Shown: positions 1-9,184 of the stretch, one piece after another
Layout of the letters: every line of letters starts with the position of its first letter
How positions within the stretch are numbered: the stretch's first letter is position 1
Assembly: GCA_000998275.1 (NCBI GenBank)
Contig: LCDA01000004.1
Location: 4,360 to 68,359, forward strand
Source: Candidatus Collierbacteria bacterium GW2011_GWA2_42_17
GTDB lineage: Bacteria; Patescibacteriota; Microgenomatia; UBA1400; MFAQ01
Direction: 5' to 3'
DNA: 64,000 nucleotides
Program-made: the position numbers and the translations under genes
The notes under the pieces: generated by a model
Told to the model about the DNA's origin: nothing
The model's database searches: none
Seen by the model: the letters and a program-made list of their open reading frames with translations, nothing else

Positions 1-189
1 AACCAAGCCACTGAAAAAGGATTAACCGATGCCACTATTGGTGACTACCTCAATTTCTTCCGCTATGGCTGTCCTCCTCACGGTGGTTTAGGTGCCGGTC
101 CCAGTCGTTTTATTATGAAGATGCTCGGCATCGACAATATTCGTGAAGCAACCTATCTTTATCGTGGTGTTAAAAGACTCACTCCCTAA
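1..189 (+). CDS. 3' partial class IIb aminoacyl-tRNA synthetase (Asp/AsnRS-like C-terminus)
   Basis: Frame-1 translation from the window edge ends ...NFFRYGCPPHGGLGAGPSRFIMKMLGIDNIREATYLYRGVKRLTP, with stop TAA at 187-189. The GGLGxGxxRxxM...IRE motif-3 region is typical of Asp/Asn/Lys-tRNA synthetases. It is absent from the ORF track because it is 5'-truncated. Confidence 0.55.
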   Translation, partial: NQATEKGLTDATIGDYLNFFRYGCPPHGGLGAGPSRFIMKMLGIDNIREATYLYRGVKRLTP

Positions 190-190
190 A

Positions 191-1564
191 ATGGAAAAAC
201 CAACCAAAGACGCCACTCTGGAAAAAATTATTTCCCTTGCCAAACGTCGTGGTTTTATCTTCCCCGGTTCCGAGATCTATGGCGGTCTGGCCAACACCTA
301 CGACTTCGGTCCTTTGGGTACTGAGTTAAAACGGAATTTAATCAACCTTTGGTGGAACACTTTTGTTTCTTCCCGTTCCGACATGTTTGGTTTGGATACT
401 TCCGTTATCATGAGCCCCAAAGTCTGGGATGCTTCAGGTCACACCGAAAACTTCACTAATGTCATGATCGATTGTCTTACCTGTCATTACCGCACTCGTG
501 CCGACCACCTAATCGAAGATGCCGTTAAGAATATTGAAAACGTGGAAGGTAAACCTTTAAAAGAACTCGATGAAATAATCAAGGATCAAGGAATCAAGTG
601 TCCCAAGTGCGGCAACAAAACCTGGACTAAAGTCAGAAACTTCAATCAGCTTTTTGAAACCCAGATCGGTATCATCACTGAAGGCAAAAGTACCGCCTAT
701 CTTCGAGGAGAGTTGGCCCAAGGAATGTTCGTTGACTTCAAACAAGTTTTAGACTCTATCCACCCAAAACTTCCTTTTGGTCTGGCTCAGTCCGGCAAAG
801 CTTTCCGTAATGAAATCACCATGGGCAAGTTTACTTTCCGTACCCTCGAGTTTGATCTGGCCGAGTTTGAGTACTTTGTCAAACCAGACGAATGGGAAAA
901 GTACTTTGAGTACTGGAAAAAAGAGATGTATGAGTTTGCCCTCTTTCTTGGTATCCCCGCCGAGAAACTTCGTTGGAGAGCCCACACCAAAGAAGAGCTT
1001 AGTCACTACAGTTCCCGTACCGAAGATCTTGAGTACGAATTTCCTTGGGGTTTCAAGGAAATGTTTGGTCTCGCCTATCGTACCGACTTTGACCTAAAAA
1101 ATCACATCGAAAAATCAGGTGTTGACCTTCGCTACACCGACCCCTACACTCAGGAAAAATTCATTCCCCACGTCATCGAACCCACCTTTGGTCTTTCCCG
1201 ACTTCTCACCATCATTCTCATGAACGCCTATTTCGAAGATATCGAAAAGCAGAGAGTAGTTATGAAATTCCCCTCAGTTTTAGCCCCCTACAAAGTTGCC
1301 GTCTTCCCCCTGGTAGGCAACAAAGAAGAACTTAGTAACAAAGCCAAGGAAATCTTCACTCTGTTAAAAGCCAAAATGAGTACGGTGTTAGACGAAAGAG
1401 GCAATATTGGTAAACGTTATTTTACCCAAGACGAAATCGGCACCCCCTACTGCATTACCGTTGACTACGACACTCTTGAAGATGACACCGTAACCGTAAG
1501 AGAAAGAGACACTGCACAACAAAAACGCGTCAAAATAAACGATCTCTTAAATTTCTTAAAATAA
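191..1564 (+). CDS. glyQS: glycyl-tRNA synthetase, dimeric alpha2 type
   Basis: MEKPTKDATLEKIISLAKRRGFIFPGSEIYGGLANTYDFGPLGTELKRNLINLWW is a canonical GlyRS N-terminus. The real start is probably the ATG at 191, immediately after the upstream TAA, rather than the ATG at 143. Confidence 0.9.
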   Translation: MEKPTKDATLEKIISLAKRRGFIFPGSEIYGGLANTYDFGPLGTELKRNLINLWWNTFVSSRSDMFGLDTSVIMSPKVWDASGHTENFTNVMIDCLTCHYRTRADHLIEDAVKNIENVEGKPLKELDEIIKDQGIKCPKCGNKTWTKVRNFNQLFETQIGIITEGKSTAYLRGELAQGMFVDFKQVLDSIHPKLPFGLAQSGKAFRNEITMGKFTFRTLEFDLAEFEYFVKPDEWEKYFEYWKKEMYEFALFLGIPAEKLRWRAHTKEELSHYSSRTEDLEYEFPWGFKEMFGLAYRTDFDLKNHIEKSGVDLRYTDPYTQEKFIPHVIEPTFGLSRLLTIILMNAYFEDIEKQRVVMKFPSVLAPYKVAVFPLVGNKEELSNKAKEIFTLLKAKMSTVLDERGNIGKRYFTQDEIGTPYCITVDYDTLEDDTVTVRERDTAQQKRVKINDLLNFLK

Positions 1565-1565
1565 C

Positions 1566-2195
1566 TTAGTACGGCTTTTGTTTACCACTTGCGTTTTCAC
1601 ATCTATTTTTTGGATCACCACACTCATTCTTACAAACTGAATCTGTGTAGTATAAATTAGGACATAGACTAAGTTCCGCATCTTGATACAGTTCACAGGA
1701 TCCCTCTCTGCCCCCACCCGGAGCGCAAACAAATGAACACCTGACCAAGTCGATGTTGGCACTGGAAACGCCATAGTTGTAAAAACAGTCCGGTCCACAA
1801 CCCCCAAGACAACCGACGTCACTAATTGAAATGTCACTTAAATTTGATAGTAGGGTATACACCCGAAACGACTGCAAATCCCCTCTTCTTATTTGGTAGA
1901 AATAAGGTTCTTTTGTAACCGGGTCACAAGGTATCGAGTTTAAGATACTTTGCGATTTGTACATCAAAGGTTGACCACAATCGGGAAGTTCTTCCGGATA
2001 CTGTTCCGCAAAACTATAGTAAACATCCATATTAACCTTAATACTGTGGAGATCAGCCTTTCGACGAGCATCATAGGCTTTGTTTATCAGTGGTGGAATA
2101 AAAATTGACGAAGAGGCAGCCAAAATTGACAAAATACCAATGACTATTAATACTTCAAGTAGAGTTATACCTCTCGTCTTTAAATACTTAATCAT
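1566..2195 (-). CDS. type IV pilin-like protein (prepilin N-terminal signal, Cys-rich C-terminus)
   Basis: N-terminus KTRGITLLEVLIVIGILSILAA matches the prepilin peptidase cleavage/methylation motif (G|xTLxE plus hydrophobic helix). The C-terminal half is cysteine-rich. Confidence 0.65.
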   Translation of the reverse strand: MIKYLKTRGITLLEVLIVIGILSILAASSSIFIPPLINKAYDARRKADLHSIKVNMDVYYSFAEQYPEELPDCGQPLMYKSQSILNSIPCDPVTKEPYFYQIRRGDLQSFRVYTLLSNLSDISISDVGCLGGCGPDCFYNYGVSSANIDLVRCSFVCAPGGGREGSCELYQDAELSLCPNLYYTDSVCKNECGDPKNRCENASGKQKPY

Positions 2196-2343
2196 CCAAA
2201 CAAATTATAGTCTAAGTGACATAGCAAAATTGGGCTATGTCAGACAGGGACCGTGTCCCCTGGCTCATCTTTGGAGATCTAATCCCAACACCTAAACACA
2301 TAAGAGAACCATATCTTCTGCCTCCAATAAGTACAAATGTGTA

Positions 2344-3096
2344 TTACTTAAAATCTCTTACACATCTATACGCTTGGAGTAATGGAACGTAGTTTGCTTT
2401 CACTTCATTTCCCGTTGCCAACTGAAAAATTATATGACATTGTCCATTTTTTGACACCCAGCAACGTTCATACTCGCTTGTTGTTGCTGTCCACCAAACC
2501 GAAAAGTTTGGTGACCAAACTCTATTTGCTTTGGCTACCTCTCGAGTTTCCTCCAATGTTGGCAATCTCCATATATTTTGCTGGCTGTTTACTAAATTTT
2601 TACCCTCTTTATCTAGATGAGAACATGTTTCGCTAGCTTTGTCCCAACTGGTTCCATTTACCCATCCCAGCCAGGGAATTAAGTGGTTACCCGGAAAGTC
2701 TGTAGGTACAATCGGAAAACCAGGACCCGGGGGTGCCAATTCTATTGTTTTTTTCTCCCAGCTCACTTTCGCCTCAAATTTAGAAGTGTTTCCATAAATA
2801 TAAACAACCTCTGAAATTATCCCTGTTGCAGTCAATGCCTGTGGTAGTAAAACCAAAAAATAAATTGCAATTTTTGACCACCCCTTTGCTTTTCTGTCCA
2901 TACATGAAGCTACAAATATCAAGGCGGTTGTACAAACCAACCATAGTGCCCCGAAAAATTCAAAGTCCGAGATATACACCCTTTCAAAATATTCTGCGAT
3001 CGCCGCACTCCCAAAATAAAACGTTAAGAAGGATAGTAAAAGTAATAAAATAAAAAGAAGACTCCAGTTTACAACCTCCTTTGTCCTAAACCACAT
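2344..3096 (-). CDS. membrane protein with DUF1566 (Lcl C-terminal)-like domain
   Basis: Two N-terminal TM helices. The C-terminal domain contains WRLPTLEE..., a WxLPTxxEL signature characteristic of DUF1566. Confidence 0.4.
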   Translation of the reverse strand: MWFRTKEVVNWSLLFILLLLLSFLTFYFGSAAIAEYFERVYISDFEFFGALWLVCTTALIFVASCMDRKAKGWSKIAIYFLVLLPQALTATGIISEVVYIYGNTSKFEAKVSWEKKTIELAPPGPGFPIVPTDFPGNHLIPWLGWVNGTSWDKASETCSHLDKEGKNLVNSQQNIWRLPTLEETREVAKANRVWSPNFSVWWTATTSEYERCWVSKNGQCHIIFQLATGNEVKANYVPLLQAYRCVRDFK

Positions 3097-3213
3097 AGCC
3101 TCAATTATAGATTATTCGGTCAATCTCTTTCAACCTCGAAGTGATACACTACTTAGTGGCTATAGGATCGTAAGTTTCTAGACCCTGAAGCTCAACCCCA
3201 TCACCTTTTGGCT

Positions 3214-4518
3214 CTAAATTTTTTCGGCAACCATCTTAACCTCCAGAAGTTCCTGTTTCCCCGTCGTCATATTTTTTAGGCTTACTTTCTTCTTGGCCAC
3301 TTCGTCTTCACCAATAATAGCCACGTAGGGAACTCCTATTTTATTCGCATACATTAGTTTCTTCTTAAATTTATCATCTTCGGTATAAAGCTCTGTCGGC
3401 ACCCCCAACTCTCTCAGTTCCCCTGCCACCTCTAAGGCAAAAGACATATTCGCTTCCATCGGGATCACCAAAACTTTTGCCGGTGTCGCTCTGGTTGCTT
3501 TTATCACCCCCACATCAAGAAGTTGCGAGAACAGTCTGGTGAGGCCAATCGATACCCCTACACCAGGGAAACTTTGGTTACTAAAACTCTCGGCCAAGTC
3601 GTCATATCGCCCTCCTCCACAGACACTTCCTTTAACTCTCTCGTCTAGAAGTTTTGTTTCGTAAACCGTTCCGGTGTAATATGACAGTCCTCTGGCGATA
3701 GCTAGATCAATCTGTAGATTTTTCTCGTTCACCCCAAACTTTATCGTTTTTTCTACCACCTCTGCTAACTCTGATACCCCCATTTTAAATAACTCACTTT
3801 TGATTTCCATCTTGTTTAGTATTTCCAAAATCTTTGCGTTACTTCCCGAGGTTTTTACAAACTCCAAAATCTTCTCTGCCTCACCAACCTTAATTTCCAA
3901 ATCAATCAGCATTTGTTTTGCCGTTTCCCATCCCACTTTTTCTAGTTTATCTACCACCCTCAGTACTTCATCTTTTTTTTCTCCAACTCCATACTCCTCC
4001 ATCAAGCCACTCAGTATCTTTCGGTTACTCATCCTGATGACAAAATCCCCCAGCTGTAGTTTCTCAAACACCCTATTAATCACCGCCGGAATCTCGGCGT
4101 CATTTACCAGACTCAAACTTCCACTGCCCACAATATCAATATCGGCTTGATAAAACTCACGGAAACGACCTTTTTGTGGTCGCTCACCGCGATAAGCCTT
4201 ACCGATTTGGTATCTGCGAAAGGGGAATGTCAAACTGTTACCATACATCGCTACATATCGAGCCAAAGGCACCGTCAAATCAAAACGCAGACCAAGATCA
4301 TCATCCCCTTTGGAAAAACGATATATCTCCTTTTTTGTATCATCACCAATCTGTGCAAAAAGTATCTCCGCATTTTCCACCAAAGGAGTATCTAAAGGGG
4401 CGTATCCAAACTCTTCAAACGTTTCGGATATCGTCTTCATCATTTTATTAAACAAAATTTGCTGCGCTGGCAGTAGCTCCATAAAACCTGCTTGAATTCT
4501 TGGTGTAACTTTAGCCAT
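3214..4518 (-). CDS. hisS: histidyl-tRNA synthetase
   Basis: Class II motifs: ...YRFSKGDDDLGLRFDLTVPLARYVA..., FRRYQIGKAYRGERPQKGRFREFYQADIDIVG. Confidence 0.9.
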   Translation of the reverse strand: MAKVTPRIQAGFMELLPAQQILFNKMMKTISETFEEFGYAPLDTPLVENAEILFAQIGDDTKKEIYRFSKGDDDLGLRFDLTVPLARYVAMYGNSLTFPFRRYQIGKAYRGERPQKGRFREFYQADIDIVGSGSLSLVNDAEIPAVINRVFEKLQLGDFVIRMSNRKILSGLMEEYGVGEKKDEVLRVVDKLEKVGWETAKQMLIDLEIKVGEAEKILEFVKTSGSNAKILEILNKMEIKSELFKMGVSELAEVVEKTIKFGVNEKNLQIDLAIARGLSYYTGTVYETKLLDERVKGSVCGGGRYDDLAESFSNQSFPGVGVSIGLTRLFSQLLDVGVIKATRATPAKVLVIPMEANMSFALEVAGELRELGVPTELYTEDDKFKKKLMYANKIGVPYVAIIGEDEVAKKKVSLKNMTTGKQELLEVKMVAEKI

Positions 4519-4521
4519 ATC

Positions 4522-5727
4522 CTATCTTACAATCTTTAAGTACTTACGTTTACCCACTCTTACCACTCCCTTTCCCACTGGTAACTCCACTGACTTCTTT
4601 TCGACCCTCACCCCATTTAAGTAAACCCCTCCCTGTTCAATCAGTCTCTTGGCTTCTCCGTTGCTCGTTGCCATTGAAAGTTCCACCATCATTCTAATTA
4701 AATCCTCAACCGTAATTGTTTCTTTATCCCATCTCACTTCTGGCGCATTTTCATCCACCTTTTTCTCCACCACCGTCTTTTGGAAAAATTCTTCCGCCGC
4801 ATCTACTTCTCCCTTTCCACAAAGCTCCTTGACAATTGTTCGTGCCAACTCTCGCTTGATATTCATCGGATTTTCGCCGCTTTCCAGTCTCTTTTTGGCA
4901 TCTTCAATTACTACATTGTCAACATTTGTTCCCATTAAATAATAGGTGAGTATCATATTGTCTTTTAAAGACATTACCTTTCCAAAAATTTCCTCAGGCG
5001 AGTCCTCAATCCAGATTGCATTTCCCCAAGTCTTACTCATTTTCCGACCATCGGTTCCTGGCAAAAAGCCGTTCGCTACAATACTCGAGTCCTTACCCTT
5101 AATATTCTTAATTAGAGTTCTTCCCGCTTGCATATTAAAGATCTGGTCGGTTCCCCCTATCTGGATATCCGTGTCCATCGCCATACTGTCATACCCTTGC
5201 ATAATAGGGTAAAGCACCTCCGGTAAACTGATACTCTTCCCCTCCGCTAGCCTTTTTTTAATTAATTCTCGGCTTATAAAGTCATTTAAAGAAAAATGAC
5301 TCGTCAACTTCAATACTCCCGCAAAGTCAAGTTTCGAAAGCCACTCGCTGTTAAAATGTAATTCAATTTTTGAAAAATCCAAAAACTTTTTTGCTTGTCT
5401 CTTGTAAGTCTGAAAATTTTCCTCAATTTGTTCTCTGGTTAAAATCGGCCTTTCGGACTCCTTGTCTGAAGTGTCACCCACAATTGCCGTAAAATCACCA
5501 ATTAGAAATGTTACATGGTGTCCCAGCTCTGCCAAAATTTGTAGTTTTCGAAGAGGAAATGCATGACCCAAATGAATTTTTGTCGCGGTCGGATCAATTC
5601 CCAAATAGACATTCAAAACCTTTCCCGAGTTCAGCAGTTTCTCTACTTCAGCCTTACCCGGCACGATATTTTCCACTCCACGAGTCAGGAAACTATCAAT
5701 TTTTGCCTTTTTCTCCGCTTCTTCCAT
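4522..5727 (-). CDS. tyrS: tyrosyl-tRNA synthetase
   Basis: YLGIDPTATKIHLGHAFPLRKL (HIGH-like), KMSKTWGNAIWI (KMSKS), and a C-terminal S4-like domain. Confidence 0.9.
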   Translation of the reverse strand: MEEAEKKAKIDSFLTRGVENIVPGKAEVEKLLNSGKVLNVYLGIDPTATKIHLGHAFPLRKLQILAELGHHVTFLIGDFTAIVGDTSDKESERPILTREQIEENFQTYKRQAKKFLDFSKIELHFNSEWLSKLDFAGVLKLTSHFSLNDFISRELIKKRLAEGKSISLPEVLYPIMQGYDSMAMDTDIQIGGTDQIFNMQAGRTLIKNIKGKDSSIVANGFLPGTDGRKMSKTWGNAIWIEDSPEEIFGKVMSLKDNMILTYYLMGTNVDNVVIEDAKKRLESGENPMNIKRELARTIVKELCGKGEVDAAEEFFQKTVVEKKVDENAPEVRWDKETITVEDLIRMMVELSMATSNGEAKRLIEQGGVYLNGVRVEKKSVELPVGKGVVRVGKRKYLKIVR

Positions 5728-5852
5728 ACCTATATTCTACCTCAATACCCAAGGAAGCTTTTCACCACTCACAACTGGTATGGAATCACCCACAAAGACG
5801 CCGTTAAATTTATTATTTGAATGTAAAATTTCTTTTACTTACCTTTTACAAA

Positions 5853-6251
5853 CTAATCATTTGTTTTAAAAATTTTTACCCCCTTAATTTTTACAAAGTC
5901 CTTAACATTCAAAGTAACTAGCTCAGCCTTCTTATTTATCATCGCACAAGAAGCAACCATCGCATCTGCTAGTGACACACCAAAATTTCGACGTATTTTT
6001 CCAGCCATTTTTGCTTCATTTTCACTCAGTTCTTTTACAATAGTTATCTCCAACATTCTCTTCAAATATCTTTCCTTCTTTGAATCATTTACAGATTTTC
6101 CTGACCACAATTCAGCGACCACCACTGCGGGAACTATTAGTTCAATCGTGTTTTTTTCTTTCTCTTCAACTAACCTCAACCACAAACCCTTACCAGTTCT
6201 TAAAAATTCGATTATTATCGACGAGTCAATAATTATTTTTTTCATTACCAA
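5853..6251 (-). CDS. vapC: PIN-domain toxin (VapC-like)
   Basis: MKKIIIDSSIIIEFL... has PIN acidic residues and is about 130 aa. It overlaps the upstream antitoxin gene by 7 nt. Confidence 0.8.
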   Translation of the reverse strand: MVMKKIIIDSSIIIEFLRTGKGLWLRLVEEKEKNTIELIVPAVVVAELWSGKSVNDSKKERYLKRMLEITIVKELSENEAKMAGKIRRNFGVSLADAMVASCAMINKKAELVTLNVKDFVKIKGVKIFKTND

Positions 6252-6505
6252 TTTTTGACATTCTTATCCATGCTCATTTTAGCCTTCTGCATATCTGAAA
6301 AGTCGTGTTCATCAAAAATCCCATCCACCTTTTTTAAGTCATTTCTATATTTCGTGTAGTCAAATGCTTTTTCAGCTGTCACCGGAGTAAATTTCACTTT
6401 GACCCTATTACCTTTTTTTATCATCACTTCTTTCCCATCAAAATACACTTCATCCAAAATGGAAAAGAAATTTTTTCTGGCTTCCGTAGCATTAATTAAC
6501 TGCAT
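6245..6505 (-). CDS. Phd/YefM-like antitoxin
   Basis: 86 aa, N-terminal MQLINATEARKNFFSILDEV resembles Phd/YefM. Translationally coupled to the downstream PIN gene. Confidence 0.6.
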   Translation of the reverse strand: MQLINATEARKNFFSILDEVYFDGKEVMIKKGNRVKVKFTPVTAEKAFDYTKYRNDLKKVDGIFDEHDFSDMQKAKMSMDKNVKNW

Positions 6506-6545
6506 ATATGTACATTATGTACACAATGTACATATTTGTCAAGTA
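6506..6545 (-). promoter_or_regulatory. promoter plus operator of the vapB-vapC module 1
   Basis: The minus strand reads TTGACA-N17-CATAAT ending about 13 nt before the antitoxin ATG. Three overlapping ATGTACA(T/C) palindromic half-sites (TGTACA cores) make a likely antitoxin operator. Confidence 0.45.
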
Positions 6546-8459
6546 TTACATTTCTCTCATCATCTCCGTAACTGTCTTTCCTCCCTTAAGCCCTTTTTCA
6601 AGGACGGGCCATAGTTTGTTGATGATCACCATCTTCGGCCTTTTCACCTTCGTTTTATCCAAAACTCCCAGTTCTAGTAGTTGTTTCACGGAATATAAAT
6701 CAAACCCATTTACATATAGTACTTCCTCTACTCCCTCTTTTTTTAATCTCTCGGTCACCTTACTCTGCTCCAGATACTTCAATTGATCGGAGGTAGTAAT
6801 CTTTCCGGAATCATCATCAAGAGGAGTATGTTCCCTAAAAAGTCTCATCGCCCTATCGTAGGCATAATTAAATATTTGTTCAAAGGTTTCCTCATCTTCA
6901 AACATTTTTTCTCTGCCCACCCCCAATTTTTTTGCCCTCATCTCCGCAATCAAACCCAAGCAATCTCTAAATGTCCCGCCGTTTTTCTTCAACTCTAGGC
7001 TTCGAAAATATACACTCTCTGGCTTTTTCTCTTTCCCCGTCATCCATTTCCACGTTATGTCCTCTACGTTTTTTGCTCCGGCTTCTTCCAATATTGAATC
7101 TCGTCCACCTGCCGAGTATTTTTTCATGATCTTCAGTTTTAAATTCAACGCTTCTGTATTTTCGTGACTCAGTGCGTGCCCCTCTATCTCATGAGAAATC
7201 ACCGACAAAAACTCCATTACTCCACGATCGGAATCATTTGGAATAAAAACTTTTTTCGAATTTGAATTAACACTCATTGTCCCAACACTGGATTTTCTTT
7301 TTATAACTTTCCAATCTTTTTCATACCCATACTCCTTCAACATCCAGTTTGCTATCAGCATTTGTTCATCACTGTTTACTCTGTATTCCTCAACTTCCCC
7401 TTCTTTATCGCTCTCGACCTCAATCACTGTTTTCTTCATCCAATCGGTCATGATATTTCTATTTCCCGCTTCATCAAAACTTTCATCAACGCCATGAATA
7501 AACTTATCAACCCCTTCGGCTTGTCTATTGTTGGTTTTAAATATCTCTTTTCCTTCCACCCCCGCCGCGTTCCACAATAGTAAATCGTCGGCAATCTGCC
7601 AGTTAGTATATTTTCGATAAATATCTAAGACTATTACTTTCGCTCTATCAATTTTTTCTTCACTTTCACTCAATTTTAACTGTTCATTCTTTACTTTTAT
7701 TTTAAACTCCTTTAGTTTTTCTAACCTTTCCTTGTTTTCACTGGGAGCAACTAGTCTGCAAATCGCCCTTGGATTTTCCACCTTACTTACATCGCCCAAA
7801 CTTTTTCTATACTGTTCTTTCACTGTTTCTCTTGCCCACAACGAACTATAGTCATGAATATTTCTTCTCCACCGATAAGGAATCGTCTTCAAATCTAGTT
7901 TTGAAAAAATATCAATCACTTCATCCACAGAAAACCTCGACTCAACTTTGGCTATCGGTTTTTTAATCTCTTCCTCTTTCCCGGTTTTTTCCTTAATCAC
8001 CTCGACAAATTTTTTAAAATGCACCCCTTCTTCATCTTCCTTTTTTTCCCGACCGAATATATCTTGAAACACTGCCTCGTAAACATCTGCCAATAAATCT
8101 TTATCCCCGACATCCAAACCATACTTAGTCATTTCCTGTTTTGTCCAGTCCATTAGTTCCCTCCCCTTTTTATAGATTACCTCCACCATTCTCTGCCCCT
8201 CATTGTTCATCAATGCACCCACATATACTTCGTGGGTGTCTTTATCAATTTTCTTTATTTCTTTTAACTCGTCGAACAAACCGGATTCAAAACCCAACAA
8301 GACTTTTTTCTCTTCTTCCGAAAGATCAAGGCTTTTCTCAACTTTAAATGCCCCCTCTTTTTCCGCGAACACCGACGGCCTTAGGGGATAAGGGAAAGTT
8401 GGTCCGCTTTCAAATTGATATGGCATTTTAATTAAATGGTTAGGATTTTCCTCACCCAT
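6546..8459 (-). CDS. large acidic protein with HExxH zinc-metallopeptidase-like motif (family unassigned)
   Basis: 637 aa, strongly charged, single HEIEGHALSHEN motif in the C-terminal third. No family could be assigned from the sequence. Confidence 0.5.
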   Translation of the reverse strand: MGEENPNHLIKMPYQFESGPTFPYPLRPSVFAEKEGAFKVEKSLDLSEEEKKVLLGFESGLFDELKEIKKIDKDTHEVYVGALMNNEGQRMVEVIYKKGRELMDWTKQEMTKYGLDVGDKDLLADVYEAVFQDIFGREKKEDEEGVHFKKFVEVIKEKTGKEEEIKKPIAKVESRFSVDEVIDIFSKLDLKTIPYRWRRNIHDYSSLWARETVKEQYRKSLGDVSKVENPRAICRLVAPSENKERLEKLKEFKIKVKNEQLKLSESEEKIDRAKVIVLDIYRKYTNWQIADDLLLWNAAGVEGKEIFKTNNRQAEGVDKFIHGVDESFDEAGNRNIMTDWMKKTVIEVESDKEGEVEEYRVNSDEQMLIANWMLKEYGYEKDWKVIKRKSSVGTMSVNSNSKKVFIPNDSDRGVMEFLSVISHEIEGHALSHENTEALNLKLKIMKKYSAGGRDSILEEAGAKNVEDITWKWMTGKEKKPESVYFRSLELKKNGGTFRDCLGLIAEMRAKKLGVGREKMFEDEETFEQIFNYAYDRAMRLFREHTPLDDDSGKITTSDQLKYLEQSKVTERLKKEGVEEVLYVNGFDLYSVKQLLELGVLDKTKVKRPKMVIINKLWPVLEKGLKGGKTVTEMMREM

Positions 8460-8486
8460 TCCACATCTTTATTCTACTCTACAACC

Positions 8487-8885
8487 TTATATTTCAGATA
8501 TTACAAAGCTGGACAATTTTTTATCAAAAGTAAACAGCTTTGCTCCCAGTTCCTTGGTCTTTTCCAATATCAAACAATCAACATACGACAATTTTACAGA
8601 GGCATAGCGCTCCAAAGTAGCCAATATTACTTGGTTATTTTCTTGCAAAACTATATCTGAAATCAAGAATGCCTTCAACTTCTCTGCTATATCAACCCGT
8701 GTCGCCCTATAAACCGTCTCGAGTACATATACGCACTCCATCACCACTTCTCCGATAACAACCACAGTACCACTGTTCTTCCTTATTTTTAATAACTCCT
8801 TTTGCACCACCAGATACTGATCCTCATTATCTCTCAGCAAATACCGCAGTATTGCATTGGTGTCAAAAACTGATATCTTAGCCAT
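8487..8885 (-). CDS. vapC: PIN-domain toxin (VapC-like), second copy
   Basis: MAKISVFDTNAILRYLL... is a PIN fold. It overlaps the upstream antitoxin gene by 8 nt. Confidence 0.8.
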   Translation of the reverse strand: MAKISVFDTNAILRYLLRDNEDQYLVVQKELLKIRKNSGTVVVIGEVVMECVYVLETVYRATRVDIAEKLKAFLISDIVLQENNQVILATLERYASVKLSYVDCLILEKTKELGAKLFTFDKKLSSFVISEI

Positions 8886-9147
8886 TTTTGTACTCTTCGG
8901 CTATTGCCTTTTGCATTGCGCCTTTTTCCATTTTCATAATTTCTTTCGGGGTTTTGTCCTTGATGGCGTACTTATTCAAAGAACCTCCAAGAGACAGTAT
9001 GTCCCCAACAGGCTCAACTAGCCAACCGGTTTTTACTACTTTAATTACGACCTTGGCAGGTTTCTTTATTTTATGCAACCTCAGCATCCTAGCTGGAATA
9101 CTAATCTGTCCCTGGCTAGTCAAACTAATCAACTGTGTCATAAGCAT
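8878..9147 (-). CDS. AbrB/MazE/SpoVT-type antitoxin (VapB-like)
   Basis: LTSQGQISIPARM is the swapped-hairpin (AbrB-fold) DNA-binding signature. 89 aa, translationally coupled to the PIN gene. Confidence 0.6.
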   Translation of the reverse strand: MLMTQLISLTSQGQISIPARMLRLHKIKKPAKVVIKVVKTGWLVEPVGDILSLGGSLNKYAIKDKTPKEIMKMEKGAMQKAIAEEYKNG

Positions 9148-9184
9148 TAATATAATGTATTTACATTACATTGTCAAGTTTCCA
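9148..9184 (-). promoter_or_regulatory. promoter plus operator of vapBC module 2
   Basis: The minus strand reads TTGACA-N17-TATATT directly abutting the ATG, implying a leaderless or near-leaderless start. The spacer contains a perfect palindrome, AATGTA-TT-TACATT. Confidence 0.5.

Noticed and set aside
557-1097. Small antisense or overlapping ORFs from the six-frame track (for example 557-745, 749-1006, 777-1097, and most 60-170-aa plus-strand ORFs inside minus-strand genes).
   Set aside because: They are embedded in the opposite strand of well-supported genes, are low complexity (S/P/L/F-rich), and have no motifs. Treated as spurious.
6546-8459. Assigning the 637-aa HExxH protein to a named family (DUF1704/MATCAP-like tyrosine carboxypeptidase, ImmA/IrrE).
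   Set aside because: Only the HExxH pentapeptide is recognisable by eye. No QEGLA or downstream third-ligand motif could be confirmed. Left as an unassigned metallopeptidase-like protein.
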